A DNA stretch of 32,000 nt from the NCBI RefSeq assembly GCF_000621645.1, contig NZ_JHXR01000017.1, positions 64,459 to 96,458 on the forward strand, read 5' to 3'. A program made the translations under genes and the position numbers. Numbering within the stretch: the first letter of the stretch is position 1; each line of letters opens with the position of its first letter. The DNA comes from Vibrio cholerae ATCC 14035 (GTDB lineage Bacteria > Pseudomonadota > Gammaproteobacteria > Enterobacterales > Vibrionaceae). Under the pieces are notes generated by a model that did not search any database, had not been told where the DNA came from, and saw only the letters and a list, made by a program, of their open reading frames with translations. Shown here in pieces: positions 1-9,714 of this stretch.

Positions 1-117
1 GAGATTTTTGATGGTGATGAGATAGGCGAACACAAAGCGCTGATACTCAGGATTTGATTGTTCCTCAATGTAGCGAGTTTGAACCTGAATTTTGATACAG
101 GGCAGCGAAACATCCAT
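1..117 (-). CDS. apaG: ApaG (DUF525 protein), N-terminal 39 codons only; the gene continues past the left window edge
   Basis: Absent from the ORF track because it is open at the edge. Reverse-strand translation from the ATG at 117..115 gives [39 protein letters not shown]. This matches the conserved ApaG N-terminus (E. coli ...CIQVQSVYIEAQSSP..ERYVFAYTVTIRNL). It lies downstream of rsmA, as in the enterobacterial ksgA-apaG-apaH arrangement. Confidence 0.8.
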   Translation of the reverse strand, partial: MDVSLPCIKIQVQTRYIEEQSNPEYQRFVFAYLITIKNL

Positions 118-160
118 GAGCGACTCCTCAGCTTAGTAGTCAGATATTGGCAGATAAACA

Positions 161-183
161 AAGGACGACTGAATGTCGTCCTT
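161..183 (-). terminator. Hairpin between rsmA and apaG (AAGGACGAC-TGAAT-GTCGTCCTT), a possible attenuator or weak terminator
   Basis: Perfect 9-bp stem. On the minus strand it is followed by TGTTTATCT, which is only moderately T-rich. Confidence 0.35.
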
Positions 184-188
184 ATCGA

Positions 189-1004
189 TTATGCGTGAGT
201 TTTGTGTGTGGCATCAAGCCAGTTCGCTAATGCCACAAATTGAGCCAAGGTCAGATTTTCTGGGCGCATACCTGGGTTGATGCCCAGAGTTTCCAGTGTT
301 TCCGGTTCAGCCAAACCTTTATAACAGTTACGCACCGTTTTACGGCGTTGGTTAAAGCCTTCACGTACCACGCGATCTAACCACTCTAAGCTGGTTGCTG
401 GATGAGGGAGATCTTCATAAGGCACCAAACGTACCACGGCCGAATCCACTTTTGGTGGTGGCACAAATGCGCTAGGTGGCACTTCTAGTACCGGAACCAC
501 TTTACAGTAGTATTGCGCCATCACGGTTAGTCGACCGTAGGCCTTGGTTCCCGGACCTGCGGCTAATCGGTTCACCACCTCTTTTTGCAGCATGAAGTGC
601 ATGTCTTGAATATCACGGTGGAATTCAAACAAGTGGAACATCAGCGGCGTTGAAATGTTGTAAGGTAAGTTACCAAACACGCGAAGTTTGTTATTGGGTT
701 TCACCAACTGCTTGAAGTCGAAACGCATCGCATCGCCTTCATGAATGGTCAACTTGCTGGCTAATTCTGGATGATTACGCAGGCGTTCTGCCAGATCGCG
801 GTCAAGCTCAATGACAGTGAACTTATCCACTTCACGTCCTACCGGTTCTGTGATGGCGCCTAACCCTGGGCCGATTTCAACCAAGTTTTGCCCCGGTTTG
901 GGATTAATTGCCGACACAATACCATCAATGATGTAAGGATCATTGAGGAAGTTCTGACCAAAGCGTTTACGCGCTTTGTGCCCTAAGTGGACATCATTTC
1001 TCAT
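189..1004 (-). CDS. rsmA: 16S rRNA (adenine1518/1519-N6)-dimethyltransferase RsmA/KsgA
   Basis: The ORF runs 189..1037. I chose the ATG at 1004 ([22 protein letters not shown]...) because it aligns with the E. coli KsgA N-terminus [20 protein letters not shown] and lies 14 nt after the pdxA stop. The SAM-binding motif VEIGPGLGA is present. Confidence 0.93.
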
Positions 1005-1017
1005 AGTTTTCTCTAAG

Positions 1018-2010
1018 TTATTGCGCTTTTTTATCAACTAATTCAATTGCGTAAGCTAATGCAGTCCAAAAGCTTCCCGCATCGGCTTGACCCGTTCCAG
1101 CCAGATCGAGTGCCGTACCGTGATCGACCGAAGTGCGGATAAAAGGCAGCCCGAGCGTAATATTGACTGAGCGGCCAAAGCCTTTGTATTTCAGCACTGG
1201 AAGCACTTGATCATGGTACATGCCGAGAACGGCATCCGCTTGTTGCAAGTATTTTTCACTAAAAATAGTATCGGCTGGTAAAGGACCAACCAATTGCATG
1301 CCATATTGCTCACGCAAACGCTGTAGGGTAGGAGTGATGGTTTCGATCTCATCCATGCCCAATACACCGTCTTCACCTGCGTGTGGATTTAACCCACATA
1401 CGTAGATTTTAGGCTCAGCAATGGCAAATTTCTCGACTAAATCCTTGTGGAGAATATGAACAATCTGTTCTAGACGTTCACAAGTTATCGCTTGCGGCAC
1501 TTCTGCGAGTGGCAGATGTGTAGTGACTAACGCAGTACGTAAGCCTTCTGTGGCCAGCATCATCACGACGAGGGGAGTTTTTGACTGTTCAGCAAAAAAT
1601 TCGGTATGACCGCTGAAAGCCACCCCCGCACGGTTGATCACCCCCTTGTGCACAGGGCCGGTGACAATAGCATCAAATTCGCCATTCATACAGCCTTTTG
1701 CCGCTCTTTCCAGCGTTTTTAACACATAGTGTCCATTCGCTGGATTGAGTTGACCGGCGACGACGGGTTCCGCGAGAGGAATATGCTCAACCAACAAGGT
1801 TCCTGCTTGTTGCGCTTGCACTGGATTATCGCGTTGATAATCCAGTAGCTTAACCTGTATGCCAAGTTGCGTGGCCCGCTGCGCCAATAACGCCTTATCG
1901 GCACACACCACCAGTTGATGTGGCCAATCTTGCGCGGAGAGGGCGAGCACCAGATCGGGACCGATCCCCGCGGGCTCACCGGCTGTGACAATGATGCGTT
2001 TACTGCTCAT
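1018..2010 (-). CDS. pdxA: 4-hydroxythreonine-4-phosphate dehydrogenase PdxA
   Basis: 330-aa ORF with an ATG start. It shows full-length PdxA-like sequence (GEPAGIGPD..., [14 protein letters not shown]). The start overlaps the surA stop by 11 nt. Position matches the surA-pdxA-ksgA operon. Confidence 0.95.
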
Positions 2011-3295
2011 CCTTCTCGTCCTTCAATACTTCAACAAAGGCGCTGGCACGCAGCTCTTGCAGCCAAGCACTGGCTTCTTCATTGAATTTACGATTGAACA
2101 AGATACGGTAGGCCTTGTTTTTCAGTGCGGAATCAGTTCTGTCCACTTCGCGACGATCGAGCACTTCTACAATGTGCCAACCATGTACGGTTTTAAACGG
2201 TTCACTGATTTGGCCTACGGGTAAGGTTTCAATCTGGTGTTTAAACTCTGGGACATACAGATCAGGAGTTTGATAGCCCAGTTCACCTTTTTGCGCGGCA
2301 GAGCCGGGGTCTTGGCTATATTGCTGTGCTAATTCTGCAAAGGTCACTTCGCCATTTTTGATGCGCTGTACAAATTCATTGAGCTGCTTTTGCGCGCCTT
2401 CATCGCTGAGGATGATGGTCGGTTTGATCAAAATGTGACGAGCATTAACTTCTGTGACCGCGACCGTTTCTAGGCCTTTGACATCATCTATTTTCAAAAT
2501 GTGAAAACCGACACCACTGCGAAACGGGCCAATAATGCTGCCTTTGTTCTGCATTTTGATCTGATCAGCAAAGATGGTTGGCATCTCTTCTTTGCGCATC
2601 CATCCCCAATCTCCCCCTTGCAGGGCTTTGGGACCTTTGGAGTAGGCGTACGCCATTTGCGCAAAGTCTGCCCCATTTCTTAGGTCGTTGACCAGCTTGT
2701 TGGCCAAGGTTTCCGCGGTACTTTTATCTTGTCCGTCATCGACTCGCAGTTGAATATGACTGATTTTGTATTGCACGGTGGCATCGGTTTCCTGCGCCAG
2801 CAGCTCAGCTAACGTATCAACTTCGGCGGGCAGAATGTTGATACGACGACGAACTAAGGCATTGCGTGCATCACTCGCCGCCATCTCTTTACGGACTTGC
2901 TCACGGAACTCTGGGTAAGTTAAGCCTTCTTGCGCTACCGAAGCAATCAACTGCTCCTGAGTCTGTTGGTTGTTTTTCGCTATCTCTTTAATCGCTTCGT
3001 TGAGGCGGTTGTCATCAATTTTTACCCCAATCCGATCCGCTTCTTGCTGCTGCAAAGTATCGATGATCAGTTTTTCCAATACTTGTTCGCGCAGCACCGT
3101 TTCTTGTGGCAAAGGCTGCTTGTTCTGCTTGGCATTGGCTTTGATGGTTTTCAGGGCGCTGTCCACATCACTTTGTAGTATGACGCCGCTATTGACAATC
3201 ACTGCCACGCTATCGAGTTGTTTGGGCTCTGCGTGAGCGTTGAAGAGAGTCAGCGCACTGAGAACGCTAATTAGTGTGGGTTTCCACAATTTCAT
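2000..3295 (-). CDS. surA: Periplasmic chaperone / peptidyl-prolyl isomerase SurA
   Basis: 431 aa. Signal peptide ends ...LFNAHA/EP. An N-terminal SurA chaperone domain is followed by two parvulin-type PPIase domains (e.g. VHGWHIVEV). Confidence 0.95.
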   Translation of the reverse strand: MKLWKPTLISVLSALTLFNAHAEPKQLDSVAVIVNSGVILQSDVDSALKTIKANAKQNKQPLPQETVLREQVLEKLIIDTLQQQEADRIGVKIDDNRLNEAIKEIAKNNQQTQEQLIASVAQEGLTYPEFREQVRKEMAASDARNALVRRRINILPAEVDTLAELLAQETDATVQYKISHIQLRVDDGQDKSTAETLANKLVNDLRNGADFAQMAYAYSKGPKALQGGDWGWMRKEEMPTIFADQIKMQNKGSIIGPFRSGVGFHILKIDDVKGLETVAVTEVNARHILIKPTIILSDEGAQKQLNEFVQRIKNGEVTFAELAQQYSQDPGSAAQKGELGYQTPDLYVPEFKHQIETLPVGQISEPFKTVHGWHIVEVLDRREVDRTDSALKNKAYRILFNRKFNEEASAWLQELRASAFVEVLKDEKDEQ

Positions 3296-3320
3296 GTGCA
3301 GTCCTATCTAAAATGTTTTA

Positions 3321-3340
3321 AGCCTGAGTTTCCTCAGGCT
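3321..3340 (-). other. Inter-cistronic hairpin between lptD and surA (AGCCTGAG-TTTC-CTCAGGCT)
   Basis: Perfect 8-bp stem seen in the sequence. There is no adjacent T-tract on the minus strand, so it is more likely a processing or stability element than a terminator. Confidence 0.3.
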
Positions 3341-3347
3341 AGGTGAA

Positions 3348-5711
3348 TTAGTTATTCAGGAAGAATGGGCGACCATAACCGAGTGAGTTACCTGCGCTAT
3401 CGACACCTGTCATGCTTGAGCCTGCGCCAATGCTGGTGCCAAAACCAATAATCCCGATGTTAAAGCTGAAGTTATTCTCATAAATCGGAGTCGCGTAAGG
3501 ATCCGTAACAAAGTTGCCATTCCAGCTTTTTAATTGGTTACTGTAAGTAAAGCCCACATACCAACAATCTGAAGTGTAAGTCAGGTTAGCCAGCCACTCT
3601 AACGCCTCGTCTGTGGTCAGGTCATAGTAATATTGACCGCTAGCCGACCATTTACGACTCAACTGGTAACCCGCCAAAATGCCCGCTTGTGAAATACCGT
3701 CTCGGGTAATGTCATCAATATTGGTAATGCTGTCACCGACGGTATTGCGAATATAATCCTTAGCAACATAGCGGTAGTTAGCTTGAATATAACCGCTGGC
3801 GACTCGATATTCTAATGTACTGTTGCCAAGTTGAACGGCTTGGCTATCGATGTCGTATTGAATGCCGCCGTGATAGAACAGATAGTCAGCAAAGTTAAAG
3901 TCCATCTCAACGGCCCAAGCGGAATAGCTGGTTTTATCCGATGTGCTGTCTGGATTTTTATTGGACGGATTGAGCTTGCTGTCCAGATAGAAAATCTGAC
4001 CAAACGCGATATTGAGGCGCTCTTTATAGTTGCTATCAAAGAAACGAGTCGATGCACCGTAGCTGACTTGGTTGGCGGACTCAATTCGGTCTACGCCGCT
4101 GTATTTGCGACTGCGGAATAGCCCGTAGTAGTCGGTTTGCAGCAAAGTGGAATCATACAGACCAATATTGTCCTGATATTTTTCTGGCACGTAGAGATAT
4201 TGAATTTTGGGTTCAAGGGTTTGAGTGTAGTCATCAAGCAGTACCGTATCTCGTTCAAGCACAATGCCCGCTACACTGCGAATCTCAGGGATAACGCGTG
4301 TCACACTCTCTTCCAGTTTGGCATCTGTGGTCTTATCAAGATCTTGTTGATAGTAGGTGCCCAAGACACGTGCTTCGGTTGTCCAGTTGCCCCAAGTGTT
4401 GCTGAACGGAATTTTGAGCCCAGGTTCAATATGTACTCGAGTTGCAGAGGGTTTGCCTCTTGCATCGGTTTCAAAGCGCGAGACATGGCTGACAAGGTCA
4501 AGATCCAGATACTTCATCGTCTCTGGAGCATAGTAGTTGTAGCTGAGCTGGGGCATTAACCGATAAGGCAAGTTCGTGCTAGTGGTATCCTTGGTCAGTA
4601 GTTGGAAATCCCGCACCAACAGCGCAGAATCCCAGTTGTCGCTACGGTAAGTGGCACGCCCTTCTTGGATGAGTTGTCCATCTTCACGATTACCGACTCC
4701 CGAATCTAAGTCAGAGAAATAGTTGATATCGCTGACTTTGGAGTAGTCGATTTCAAATTTCCAAGCTTGTTGGAAAATGCCGTTATGCTCATATTGGAAT
4801 GCCCAGCGATCGCCTAATTCAGTGTGCAGCTGATCGTCGGCAAGATATTCAGATTTGATTTGACCCGCACCAAAATCGGTCAGATAACGGAACACACTAT
4901 TCAGTTGTGTTCCGCGCTTTTGCATATAGTTAAAGGTGGTTTCTAAGTCATATTGGGGTGCCAAGTTCCAATAAATTGGCACTTCAAACGAATAGCCATT
5001 TCGTGAGCCGTAAGAGGCCGTCGGGTATAGAAAACCAGTTTTACGCGTATCACCGATTGGCACAGTCAAATAGGGGAGATAGAACACAGGTACGTTTTGC
5101 ACTTCAAGACGCGGATTGTAGAAGGTCGCAATCTCTTCATTCTGATCCACATCAATGCTGGAAGCACGCATCCGCCATGCATTATCACCATCAGGACATG
5201 AGGTGATGGAGCCATCTTCAATTTCATACACGGCTTTGCCCGTTTTCGAAACATACACCGCTTCACCACGGCCCGGTTCACACAAAAACTGGTAGCGAGT
5301 ATTTTCCAGCGTCATTTCATCGGTATTGAGATGGTTGGTCGCTTTGGTGGAGTGTGTTTTTATCTCACCATCACTGAACTGAACATTACCTTCAGCGACA
5401 ACCACATTCTCTTGCTGATGCAAAGTCACGTTATCCGCGGCAATGCGTTTCTTACCTTGCACGACAACGACATTCCCCGAATAGGTCGCCTTCTGCCCAT
5501 TGATTGCCTCTAGCTTATCCGCTTCGACATTGATAGGCTGTTGGCCGGGATTAGTAGGCTCAGGCTGGTTGACTAAACACTGCTCACCATTAGGTAATTG
5601 AGCGCGATTGTCATCCACACTTGCTTCTGCTTGTATCTGAGGTGCAAAGAGTGCAGCGCTAATCGAAGCGGCTAAAAACGTGCGGGAAAAGCATGACATG
5701 GGGTTGTACAT
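3348..5711 (-). CDS. lptD: LPS-assembly outer-membrane protein LptD (Imp/OstA)
   Basis: 787 aa. Signal peptide ends ...APQIQA/EA. Similarity to E. coli LptD runs end to end (e.g. RVHxEPxxxxPxSNxWG, TLEPxxQYLYVP, LFRxRxYxGxDRIxxANQV). A second in-frame ATG at 5699 is an alternative start. Confidence 0.93.
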   Translation of the reverse strand: MYNPMSCFSRTFLAASISAALFAPQIQAEASVDDNRAQLPNGEQCLVNQPEPTNPGQQPINVEADKLEAINGQKATYSGNVVVVQGKKRIAADNVTLHQQENVVVAEGNVQFSDGEIKTHSTKATNHLNTDEMTLENTRYQFLCEPGRGEAVYVSKTGKAVYEIEDGSITSCPDGDNAWRMRASSIDVDQNEEIATFYNPRLEVQNVPVFYLPYLTVPIGDTRKTGFLYPTASYGSRNGYSFEVPIYWNLAPQYDLETTFNYMQKRGTQLNSVFRYLTDFGAGQIKSEYLADDQLHTELGDRWAFQYEHNGIFQQAWKFEIDYSKVSDINYFSDLDSGVGNREDGQLIQEGRATYRSDNWDSALLVRDFQLLTKDTTSTNLPYRLMPQLSYNYYAPETMKYLDLDLVSHVSRFETDARGKPSATRVHIEPGLKIPFSNTWGNWTTEARVLGTYYQQDLDKTTDAKLEESVTRVIPEIRSVAGIVLERDTVLLDDYTQTLEPKIQYLYVPEKYQDNIGLYDSTLLQTDYYGLFRSRKYSGVDRIESANQVSYGASTRFFDSNYKERLNIAFGQIFYLDSKLNPSNKNPDSTSDKTSYSAWAVEMDFNFADYLFYHGGIQYDIDSQAVQLGNSTLEYRVASGYIQANYRYVAKDYIRNTVGDSITNIDDITRDGISQAGILAGYQLSRKWSASGQYYYDLTTDEALEWLANLTYTSDCWYVGFTYSNQLKSWNGNFVTDPYATPIYENNFSFNIGIIGFGTSIGAGSSMTGVDSAGNSLGYGRPFFLNN

Positions 5712-5812
5712 CCTGTTGAACTTGTGGCCTGTTGAACTTGATGGATTCCGAACTTAGGAGCCTGAAATATAAACGGTCCTTATCATAAAGGAAATTGACG
5801 CTTGCGCCACTA

Positions 5813-5839
5813 TCAGACCGCTTCACTCCAGAAAAATTC
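5813..5839 (-). promoter_or_regulatory. Candidate sigma-E-type promoter for lptD (-35 GAATTT, 16-nt spacer, -10 TCTGA)
   Basis: The minus strand reads tGAATTTttctggagtgaagcggTCTGAt. This resembles the RpoE consensus GGAACTT-N16-TCTGA. E. coli lptD (imp) is RpoE-dependent. This is motif resemblance only. Confidence 0.3.
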
Positions 5840-5857
5840 ATAGATTGAGAGCACATA

Positions 5858-6712
5858 ATGCATATTTTTGGCAAAATTCTTGGCGCTTTTTTTGGCTTCC
5901 TGTTTGGTGGCCCTTTTGGCGCAATCTTTGGGATCTTCCTTGGCCACCAGTTTGATAAGGCGCGTCGTTTAAATCAGGCTGGCTTTCAAAGTGGTACATT
6001 TGGTGCAGGTCCTAGCCAAGCGGAGCGCCAAGAGGAGTTTTTTAAATCCGCATTTTCGGTGATGGGGCATGTAGCAAAAGCCAAGGGTCAAGTCACCAAA
6101 GAAGAGATCCAACTCGCGACCATCATGATGGATCGCATGAACCTGACCCTAGAGCAAAAACGTGCTGCACAAGATGCGTTTCGTGACGGGAAAGAAAGCG
6201 ATTTTCCTCTAGAGCAAGTGTTAGAGCGCGTGAAAATCGCCACGGGCGGGCGTTTTGACCTGCTACAGTTTTTCCTTGAGCTGCAAGTCTCTTCCGCGTT
6301 TGCTGATGGGGATGTACACCCGAGTGAGCGTAAAGTACTGCATCGTATTGCGCGTGGGCTTGGTTTTTCTTCCGAGCAGTTAGAGCGCCGTTTACGGATG
6401 CAGGAAGCGGCGTTTCGATTTCAACAAGGTGGTGGCTTTGGTGGTTCGCAGCAGCAATCCCATAGTGGGCAGCAATGGCAGCAGCCTTCATCACGCCATC
6501 AATTGGCCGATGCCTACGAAGTGCTTGGGGTGAGCGAAAGTGCGAGTGCGCAAGAGGTGAAGCGAGCTTATCGTAAGCTGATGAATGAGCACCACCCAGA
6601 TAAGCTGATGGCGAAAGGTTTACCGCCAGAGATGATGAACGTCGCGAAAGAGAAATCTCAGCAAATCCAACACGCTTATGAGCTGATCCGAAAGGAGAAA
6701 GGCATTAAGTAA
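5858..6712 (+). CDS. djlA: Co-chaperone DjlA (membrane-anchored DnaJ-like protein)
   Basis: 284 aa. It has a Gly-rich N-terminal transmembrane segment ([23 protein letters not shown]) and a C-terminal J-domain with HPD (YRKLMNEHHPDK). It is divergent from lptD, as in E. coli. Confidence 0.9.
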   Translation: MHIFGKILGAFFGFLFGGPFGAIFGIFLGHQFDKARRLNQAGFQSGTFGAGPSQAERQEEFFKSAFSVMGHVAKAKGQVTKEEIQLATIMMDRMNLTLEQKRAAQDAFRDGKESDFPLEQVLERVKIATGGRFDLLQFFLELQVSSAFADGDVHPSERKVLHRIARGLGFSSEQLERRLRMQEAAFRFQQGGGFGGSQQQSHSGQQWQQPSSRHQLADAYEVLGVSESASAQEVKRAYRKLMNEHHPDKLMAKGLPPEMMNVAKEKSQQIQHAYELIRKEKGIK

Positions 6713-6743
6713 GCTCATCGTCATTATGCGCTTACCTTTTCTA

Positions 6744-6773
6744 AGGCAAACTTAACTGTTTGCCTTTCTTTTC
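6744..6773 (+). terminator. Rho-independent terminator of djlA
   Basis: AAGGCAAAC-TTAACT-GTTTGCCTT followed by TCTTTTC. Confidence 0.6.
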
Positions 6774-6827
6774 AGGCAAAAGAGCAATTAGAGTGGGGCG
6801 GTTTTCGATAGATAAAACTTTCGACAG

Positions 6828-6857
6828 ATAAAACAAAACCCAGTCATAGACTGGGTT
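6828..6857 (-). terminator. Rho-independent terminator of tRNA operon 1
   Basis: The minus strand reads AACCCAGTC-TAT-GACTGGGTT followed by TTGTTTTAT. It sits immediately after the last tRNA-Asn. Confidence 0.7.
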
Positions 6858-6865
6858 TCTAAAAG

Positions 6866-6941
6866 TGGCTCCTCCTGCTGGACTTGAACCAGCGACCTGC
6901 GGATTAACAGTCCGTCGCTCTACCGACTGAGCTAAGGAGGA
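6866..6941 (-). tRNA. tRNA-Asn (GUU)
   Basis: The 76-nt reverse complement is TCCTCCTTAGCTCAGTCGGTAGAGCGACGGACTGTTAATCCGCAGGTCGCTGGTTCAAGTCCAGCAGGAGGAGCCA. It has a cloverleaf with a 7-bp acceptor stem, anticodon loop CUGUUAA and an encoded CCA. Confidence 0.95.
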
Positions 6942-6955
6942 ATTATTCTTTTTAA

Positions 6956-7031
<76 letters not shown>

Positions 7032-7059
7032 AAATCTACTTGCAAGGCAAGTGAGAAAT

Positions 7060-7134
7060 TGGCTCCTCTGCTGGACTTGAACCAGCGACCTGCGGATTAA
7101 CAGTCCGTCGCTCTACCGACTGAGCTAAGGAGGA
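7060..7134 (-). tRNA. tRNA-Asn (GUU) copy, 75 nt, with a 1-nt deletion in the 3' acceptor strand (possibly defective, or a sequence error)
   Basis: Identical to 6866..6941 except that TGGCTCCTC-TGCTGG replaces TGGCTCCTCCTGCTGG. In tRNA sense the 3' acceptor strand becomes AGAGGA instead of AGGAGGA. Confidence 0.7.
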
Positions 7135-7148
7135 ATTATTCTTTTTAA

Positions 7149-7224
<76 letters not shown>

Positions 7225-7265
7225 ACATTTGTTATTGTTCGTGCAAGCACCAACAATCAAAATTG

Positions 7266-7341
7266 TGGTGCCCGGAGGCGGAATCGAACCACCGACACGA
7301 GGATTTTCAATCCTCTGCTCTACCGACTGAGCTATCCGGGC
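7266..7341 (-). tRNA. tRNA-Phe (GAA)
   Basis: The reverse complement is GCCCGGATAGCTCAGTCGGTAGAGCAGAGGATTGAAAATCCTCGTGTCGGTGGTTCGATTCCGCCTCCGGGCACCA. The anticodon loop is UUGAAAA. It is close to E. coli tRNA-Phe. Confidence 0.95.
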
Positions 7342-7351
7342 GACGGGGTGT

Positions 7352-7380
7352 ATTAAAAGGTTTTTCGTGGTAGTCGTCAA
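7352..7380 (-). promoter_or_regulatory. Candidate sigma-70 promoter of tRNA operon 1 (TTGACG, 17-nt spacer, TTTAAT)
   Basis: The minus strand reads TTGACGactaccacgaaaaacctTTTAATacaccccgtc, and tRNA-Phe begins directly after it. There is an A/T-rich UP-like tract upstream and a GC-rich discriminator. The same architecture occurs at 10049..10077. Confidence 0.55.
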
Positions 7381-7569
7381 CATGAAAATCTAAAAAAAAT
7401 ATCGTTTGTTGTTTTTCTATACTTAATGGCCTGTTTTTGTCCATTTCGTTTACCAAAATATCGCTAAATGAACCACAAGACCCACATGCTCAGTGAAATA
7501 GAGAGTTTTAAGCGTAGCCAGAAAATCACAAAGTACGTAAAAATACCTGCTTGATAAATATTTTCAGTT

Positions 7570-7692
7570 ATACCCTTCCTACTTGAAGCTGCAGCCGTGT
7601 TGGTTAAGTGTATTCATCCCAATCATAGAGTAGGTAGGCTCATGGGATGAATGCACTGGCTGACGACAGGCAACGTCAAGAAGTTTGGGTAT
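7570..7692. repeat. ERIC-type intergenic repeat (imperfect palindrome), copy A, about 123 bp
   Basis: Termini are ATACCC...CTTGAAGCTGCAG and ...AAGTTTGGGTAT. The central inverted repeat is TTCATCCCA/TGGGATGAA. It is homologous to copies at 13685 and 14842 and to the ERIC consensus. Confidence 0.8.
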
Positions 7693-7712
7693 CATAACGA
7701 CGGGTAACCCAT

Positions 7713-7746
7713 CAGTTCAGTGAAACGTTTTGCGCTCACTGAACTG
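7713..7746 (-). other. Hairpin 3' of the MCP gene (CAGTTCAGTGA, 12-nt loop, TCACTGAACTG)
   Basis: Perfect 11-bp stem starting 10 nt after the MCP stop. No T-tract follows on the minus strand, so terminator function is uncertain. Confidence 0.3.
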
Positions 7747-7755
7747 AAAGTATGC

Positions 7756-9381
7756 TTAACGAGTGACCTCAAAATGCGCAGCCCACTGTTCTAACTCGCG
7801 GGCGAGTTTGGTGAGAGTTTGCGTACTATTGTGGCTCTCCATCACCACTCGGCTCAGTTTTGAGCCACTTTCTTCAATCATATTGATTCGGCGCGCAATA
7901 TCATCGCTGACTTGGGTTTGCTCAGCGGCCGCCGTGGCTATTTGATGGCTCATCGAAGAGACGCTTTCGAGTGCGCTGACAATCAATGCCAGCGCAGAAG
8001 CGGCATTTTCTGACTCTTGCACACTGCTTTGACTGGTTTGCCCACAAATCTGGATGGTTTGAATCGCATTACGCGACCCTTCCTGCAAATTGTGGATCAT
8101 CTGCTGGATCTCTTTGGTACTGGTTTGCGTGCGGCCCGCTAAGTTACGCACTTCATCAGCCACGACGGCAAAACCGCGCCCTTGCTCGCCAGCGCGTGCT
8201 GCTTCAATCGCGGCATTCAGCGCCAGTAAATTGGTTTGCTCTGCAATATCACCAATCACATCCAGTACTTTAGCGATGTTTTTGACATCCAGATCCAGAT
8301 CGGCAACCGCGGTGCTCGCAGTTTGTAATTGGGTCGCCAAGCCTTGAATATTGCTTACCGTGTTGTGGATGAGCTTTTGCGTATGCTGGCTTTGCTGATC
8401 CGCTTGATCGGTGTTGAATGCGGTATCACGCGCAGAATCGGCGACTTGGTTCGCTGAAGAGGCCATTTCGGTCATTGCAGTGGCAATCATGGCGGTAGAT
8501 TGCTGCTGGCTATCCGTTAATTCGGCAATGCTTTTGGCACGAGTACCTGCGCCGGCTAATTCAGAGCGTAAAGCAACCATGGATTGCTCAAGCTTAGCCA
8601 CCAAGTCTGCAAGTGAGCTGTTCATCTGCTGCACTGCACCATAAATACTCTCTTTAGGGGCTTTTATCACAAATTCACGACGAATGCGGCCTTGTGCCAC
8701 CGCTTGTACTGCGCTGCGTACCTCATTTGGTTCACCGCCGATAATCAGCAGTATTTTACGAATCGCGACCAGTAGCAGAGATAAAATCGCAACGGCGATC
8801 ACCACACATAAGCTTAGTTGCCATTGCGCGGTAGACCAAAAACGCTCATTCACTTCGTTAAAACCAATACCCGTGCCGACAACCCAGCCCCAGTGTGGCG
8901 TTTTGCGCGCGATGGAGAGCTTTTCTTCAATCGAGCCATCTGCTTGCTTTTGTGTCCACGTATATTCCACCAACTTGCCGGATTGATGACGCAGCACATC
9001 TTGAATTAAGCGGCCAACACTATTGCCTTTACCATCTTTAAAATCGTGAAAACTGGTGTCATGCAGTTGTGGGTCGAGCGGCGTCGCCACGAAAGTCATA
9101 TTTTCATCTGCCACATACACATATTCATTATCTTTGTAGAGATTGTTGCGCATTAGGCGGGTGGCGAGCGCTTTGGCTTCTGGCTCCGACATTTTGCCTT
9201 CTTGAGCCAGCTTCTCTACCTCAGTCAAAATACTGTAGGCACTATTAAACAGCTCGGTTACACGCGCTTTGTTATCGAGATTGCTGGCCACACGTAACGT
9301 CCACAGTCCGGTCGCGGTTAGCGCGAGAAGAGCGGCGAGAATGATGGCAGATAATAAATAAGCTTGGGTTTTTAATTTCAT
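7756..9381 (-). CDS. Methyl-accepting chemotaxis protein with a single-Cache-like periplasmic sensor domain
   Basis: 541 aa. TM1 is [19 protein letters not shown]. The periplasmic domain of about 165 aa carries an sCache_2-like pattern ([15 protein letters not shown]...LVEYTWTQK...[14 protein letters not shown]). TM2 and HAMP follow, then the conserved MCP signalling hairpin ([35 protein letters not shown]). Confidence 0.9.
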   Translation of the reverse strand: MKLKTQAYLLSAIILAALLALTATGLWTLRVASNLDNKARVTELFNSAYSILTEVEKLAQEGKMSEPEAKALATRLMRNNLYKDNEYVYVADENMTFVATPLDPQLHDTSFHDFKDGKGNSVGRLIQDVLRHQSGKLVEYTWTQKQADGSIEEKLSIARKTPHWGWVVGTGIGFNEVNERFWSTAQWQLSLCVVIAVAILSLLLVAIRKILLIIGGEPNEVRSAVQAVAQGRIRREFVIKAPKESIYGAVQQMNSSLADLVAKLEQSMVALRSELAGAGTRAKSIAELTDSQQQSTAMIATAMTEMASSANQVADSARDTAFNTDQADQQSQHTQKLIHNTVSNIQGLATQLQTASTAVADLDLDVKNIAKVLDVIGDIAEQTNLLALNAAIEAARAGEQGRGFAVVADEVRNLAGRTQTSTKEIQQMIHNLQEGSRNAIQTIQICGQTSQSSVQESENAASALALIVSALESVSSMSHQIATAAAEQTQVSDDIARRINMIEESGSKLSRVVMESHNSTQTLTKLARELEQWAAHFEVTR

Positions 9382-9600
9382 AGTTTGAACCCTATGGGGA
9401 AGGTGTAAGCAGATTAAATTTTTGTGGCGGTTTGATGTCGGCGAGATAGTAATGAGCTTGCTTATTTATTGATACGAAGTAAGTGTGAAAGTATGAGTTG
9501 GATTAAATTTTTGCCTCGAAATAAAAAAGAAGAAGTGAGAACGATGAGTTAAGTGAGAAGCGGGATGTTTGGGAAGTGAGAAGCGAAATCCCAAATGCAG

Positions 9601-9630
9601 ATAAAGAAAAACCCAGTCAAGGACTGGGTT
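9601..9630 (-). terminator. Rho-independent terminator of tRNA operon 2
   Basis: The minus strand reads AACCCAGTC-CTT-GACTGGGTT followed by TTTTCTTTAT. The stem is the same as the operon 1 terminator. Confidence 0.7.
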
Positions 9631-9638
9631 TCTAAAAG

Positions 9639-9714
9639 TGGCTCCTCCTGCTGGGCTCGAACCAGCGACCTGCGGATTAACAGTCCGTCGCTCTACCGAC
9701 TGAGCTAAGGAGGA
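9639..9714 (-). tRNA. tRNA-Asn (GUU)
   Basis: 76 nt with an intact UCCUCCU/AGGAGGA acceptor stem. The T-arm differs from the cluster 1 copies (GCTGGTTCGAGCCCAGC). Confidence 0.95.

Noticed and set aside
9475-9600. The AAGTGAGAA repeats as a possible CRISPR array
   Set aside because: The repeat unit is only about 9-12 bp and the spacing is irregular (18, 23 and 52 bp). There are no 28-37-bp repeats and no cas genes. It is not a CRISPR array.
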